A stretch of 64,000 nucleotides of DNA from Thalia democratica (taxonomy: Eukaryota), in assembly GCA_965202585.1 (NCBI GenBank), contig OZ241829.1, positions 84,010,001-84,074,000 of the forward strand, in the 5' to 3' direction. The notes beneath the pieces were generated by a model, which worked only from the letters and a program-made list of their open reading frames with translations, was not told the origin of the DNA and ran no database searches. Shown here one piece after another: positions 62,821 through 64,000 of this stretch; the stretch's first letter is position 1; each line of letters opens with the position of its first letter. The position numbers and the translations under genes are program-made.

Positions 62821-64000
62821 CCTCTTAAATTAACATTTTTTATTGTTTTTTACACTTGTTTCTAACTGAAAAATTTTACCGCTATCACTGCGACCATTTC
62901 TTGTTCTCCAATTTTTATTGGTGTTTTGTTAATTTCGCTGTCCCGTTCTTGATAACTCAATTCTATTTTATTAATTTTAACTTTCCAAACAGTGTTACAT
63001 TCATTGACCGAGCACACTAAGGTAAGTGAATAGAATTTAGTTATAAGCTTATAGTACGTGCCTTTAAATGCATAACAATTGCAGTGCTTTATTTCAGGGT
63101 GGAATTTTTGTGTGACATCTGTAAATAAAAAAACACAAATATTTTAAACTTTATCTAAATTTAGATCATTAATGTGGCTGATATATTCTATACTTTTTAC
63201 TTTTGTATTATTCAAAGGTAATTTTGTTGTATAACATTTATCTTCTAATTATCTGTGTTAAAATATAAAATAAAACTTGTCTAGTTAAATAAATGGTGAA
63301 ATGTTAACAACTTTCATTTGCATCTGAACATTTAGACAAAGATAAGATATCATCTGTTATTAAAACCATATCATCTCCTTTACACTTTCTTATTGTCTTT
63401 GTAACAGTTTTTGCTAAGCTATCTGATCTATTTCTCCAAATGTATTTAACCTTTTACAATTTTTAAGTAGTTAACAATTATGGTTTAAATCAAAAGCAAG
63501 TTTATACAAAACAAAAACTTTCAAGTTCTTCAGGTTGCTGAGCTCCATGCGGTTCCTACTGTTAAAAAATTAATATATTAATCTACAATATATAAATACA
63601 AGTCGTGAAAGCTTTTTTGATTAATTTCAATAATAAACAACTGTTTTCAAAGTAGTGCATATTCTAAATAGAACATTAAAACTTCTTAGATCTTCTCTAT
63701 CTTTTCAAACCTATTCAATGTGCCTTGCACAAAATTTCTAAAATATATTTGAAAGTTTAAAATTAAACTTTTTCGTTTCGTATACCTTTTTTTTATTCCA
63801 ATTTTTTGTATTAAATTAGAAGGTCTTATTGGTGTATTTATCTAAGCTATGTAAAATCTCATTTTTGTTTATAATTCAAAAAAATCCCTACTCAAATATA
63901 CCCAGTGGTCACTAAGGTTTTATGACGTCATAATGTTTCTGCTTTCACCAGGGAGAATGTTTGTGATGATAATGTGAGCTTTTTTTCTCAGCTACTTTTT

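Noticed and set aside
27389-62828. Plus-strand short ORFs listed in the mosaic (e.g. 28158, 30824, 31471, 32917, 61450, 62487)
   Set aside because: Hydrophobic, motif-free antisense readings of minus-strand coding remnants.
25700-64000. Ciliate-style scrambled germline genes as an explanation of the mosaic
   Set aside because: The fragments carry stops and frameshifts, come from unrelated TE families, and show no consistent pointer repeats; the intact ORF reads in the standard code.
25700-64000. A single intact giant transposon or endogenous virus
   Set aside because: I found no bounding TIRs, Helitron ends, polymerase or capsid motifs, and no intact ORF longer than ~110 aa.

Overview
Very AT-rich (roughly 75% by eye) eukaryotic genomic DNA. 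The Penelope and hAT peptide remnants resemble ones I recall from Hydra, so a hydrozoan cnidarian is my guess (inference, not verified). I found no rRNA, tRNA or CRISPR. The window has three zones. (1) 1-16.5 kb: AT-rich spacer with several non-autonomous DNA transposons showing TIRs and TSDs. (2) 16.5-23 kb: a tandem array of a ~0.7 kb unit carrying a MITE, with two solo-LTR-like insertions. It is followed by the only convincing intact gene (24167-24913, +), an intronless Ariadne (ARIH)-derived ORF that lacks RING1 and the catalytic RING2 but keeps the acidic N-terminus, the second half of the IBR and the whole Ariadne domain. (3) 25.7-64 kb: a dense mosaic of 60-900 bp decayed coding fragments from several MULE, hAT and Penelope families plus Ulp1/C48 protease, FLYWCH-like and Nudix hydrolase pieces. 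These fragments recur in 2-5 diverged copies, and every one I could recognise lies on the minus strand. Fragment boundaries in zone 3 are approximate (about +/-30 bp). All family assignments come from my manual translation and motif recall, not from database searches.
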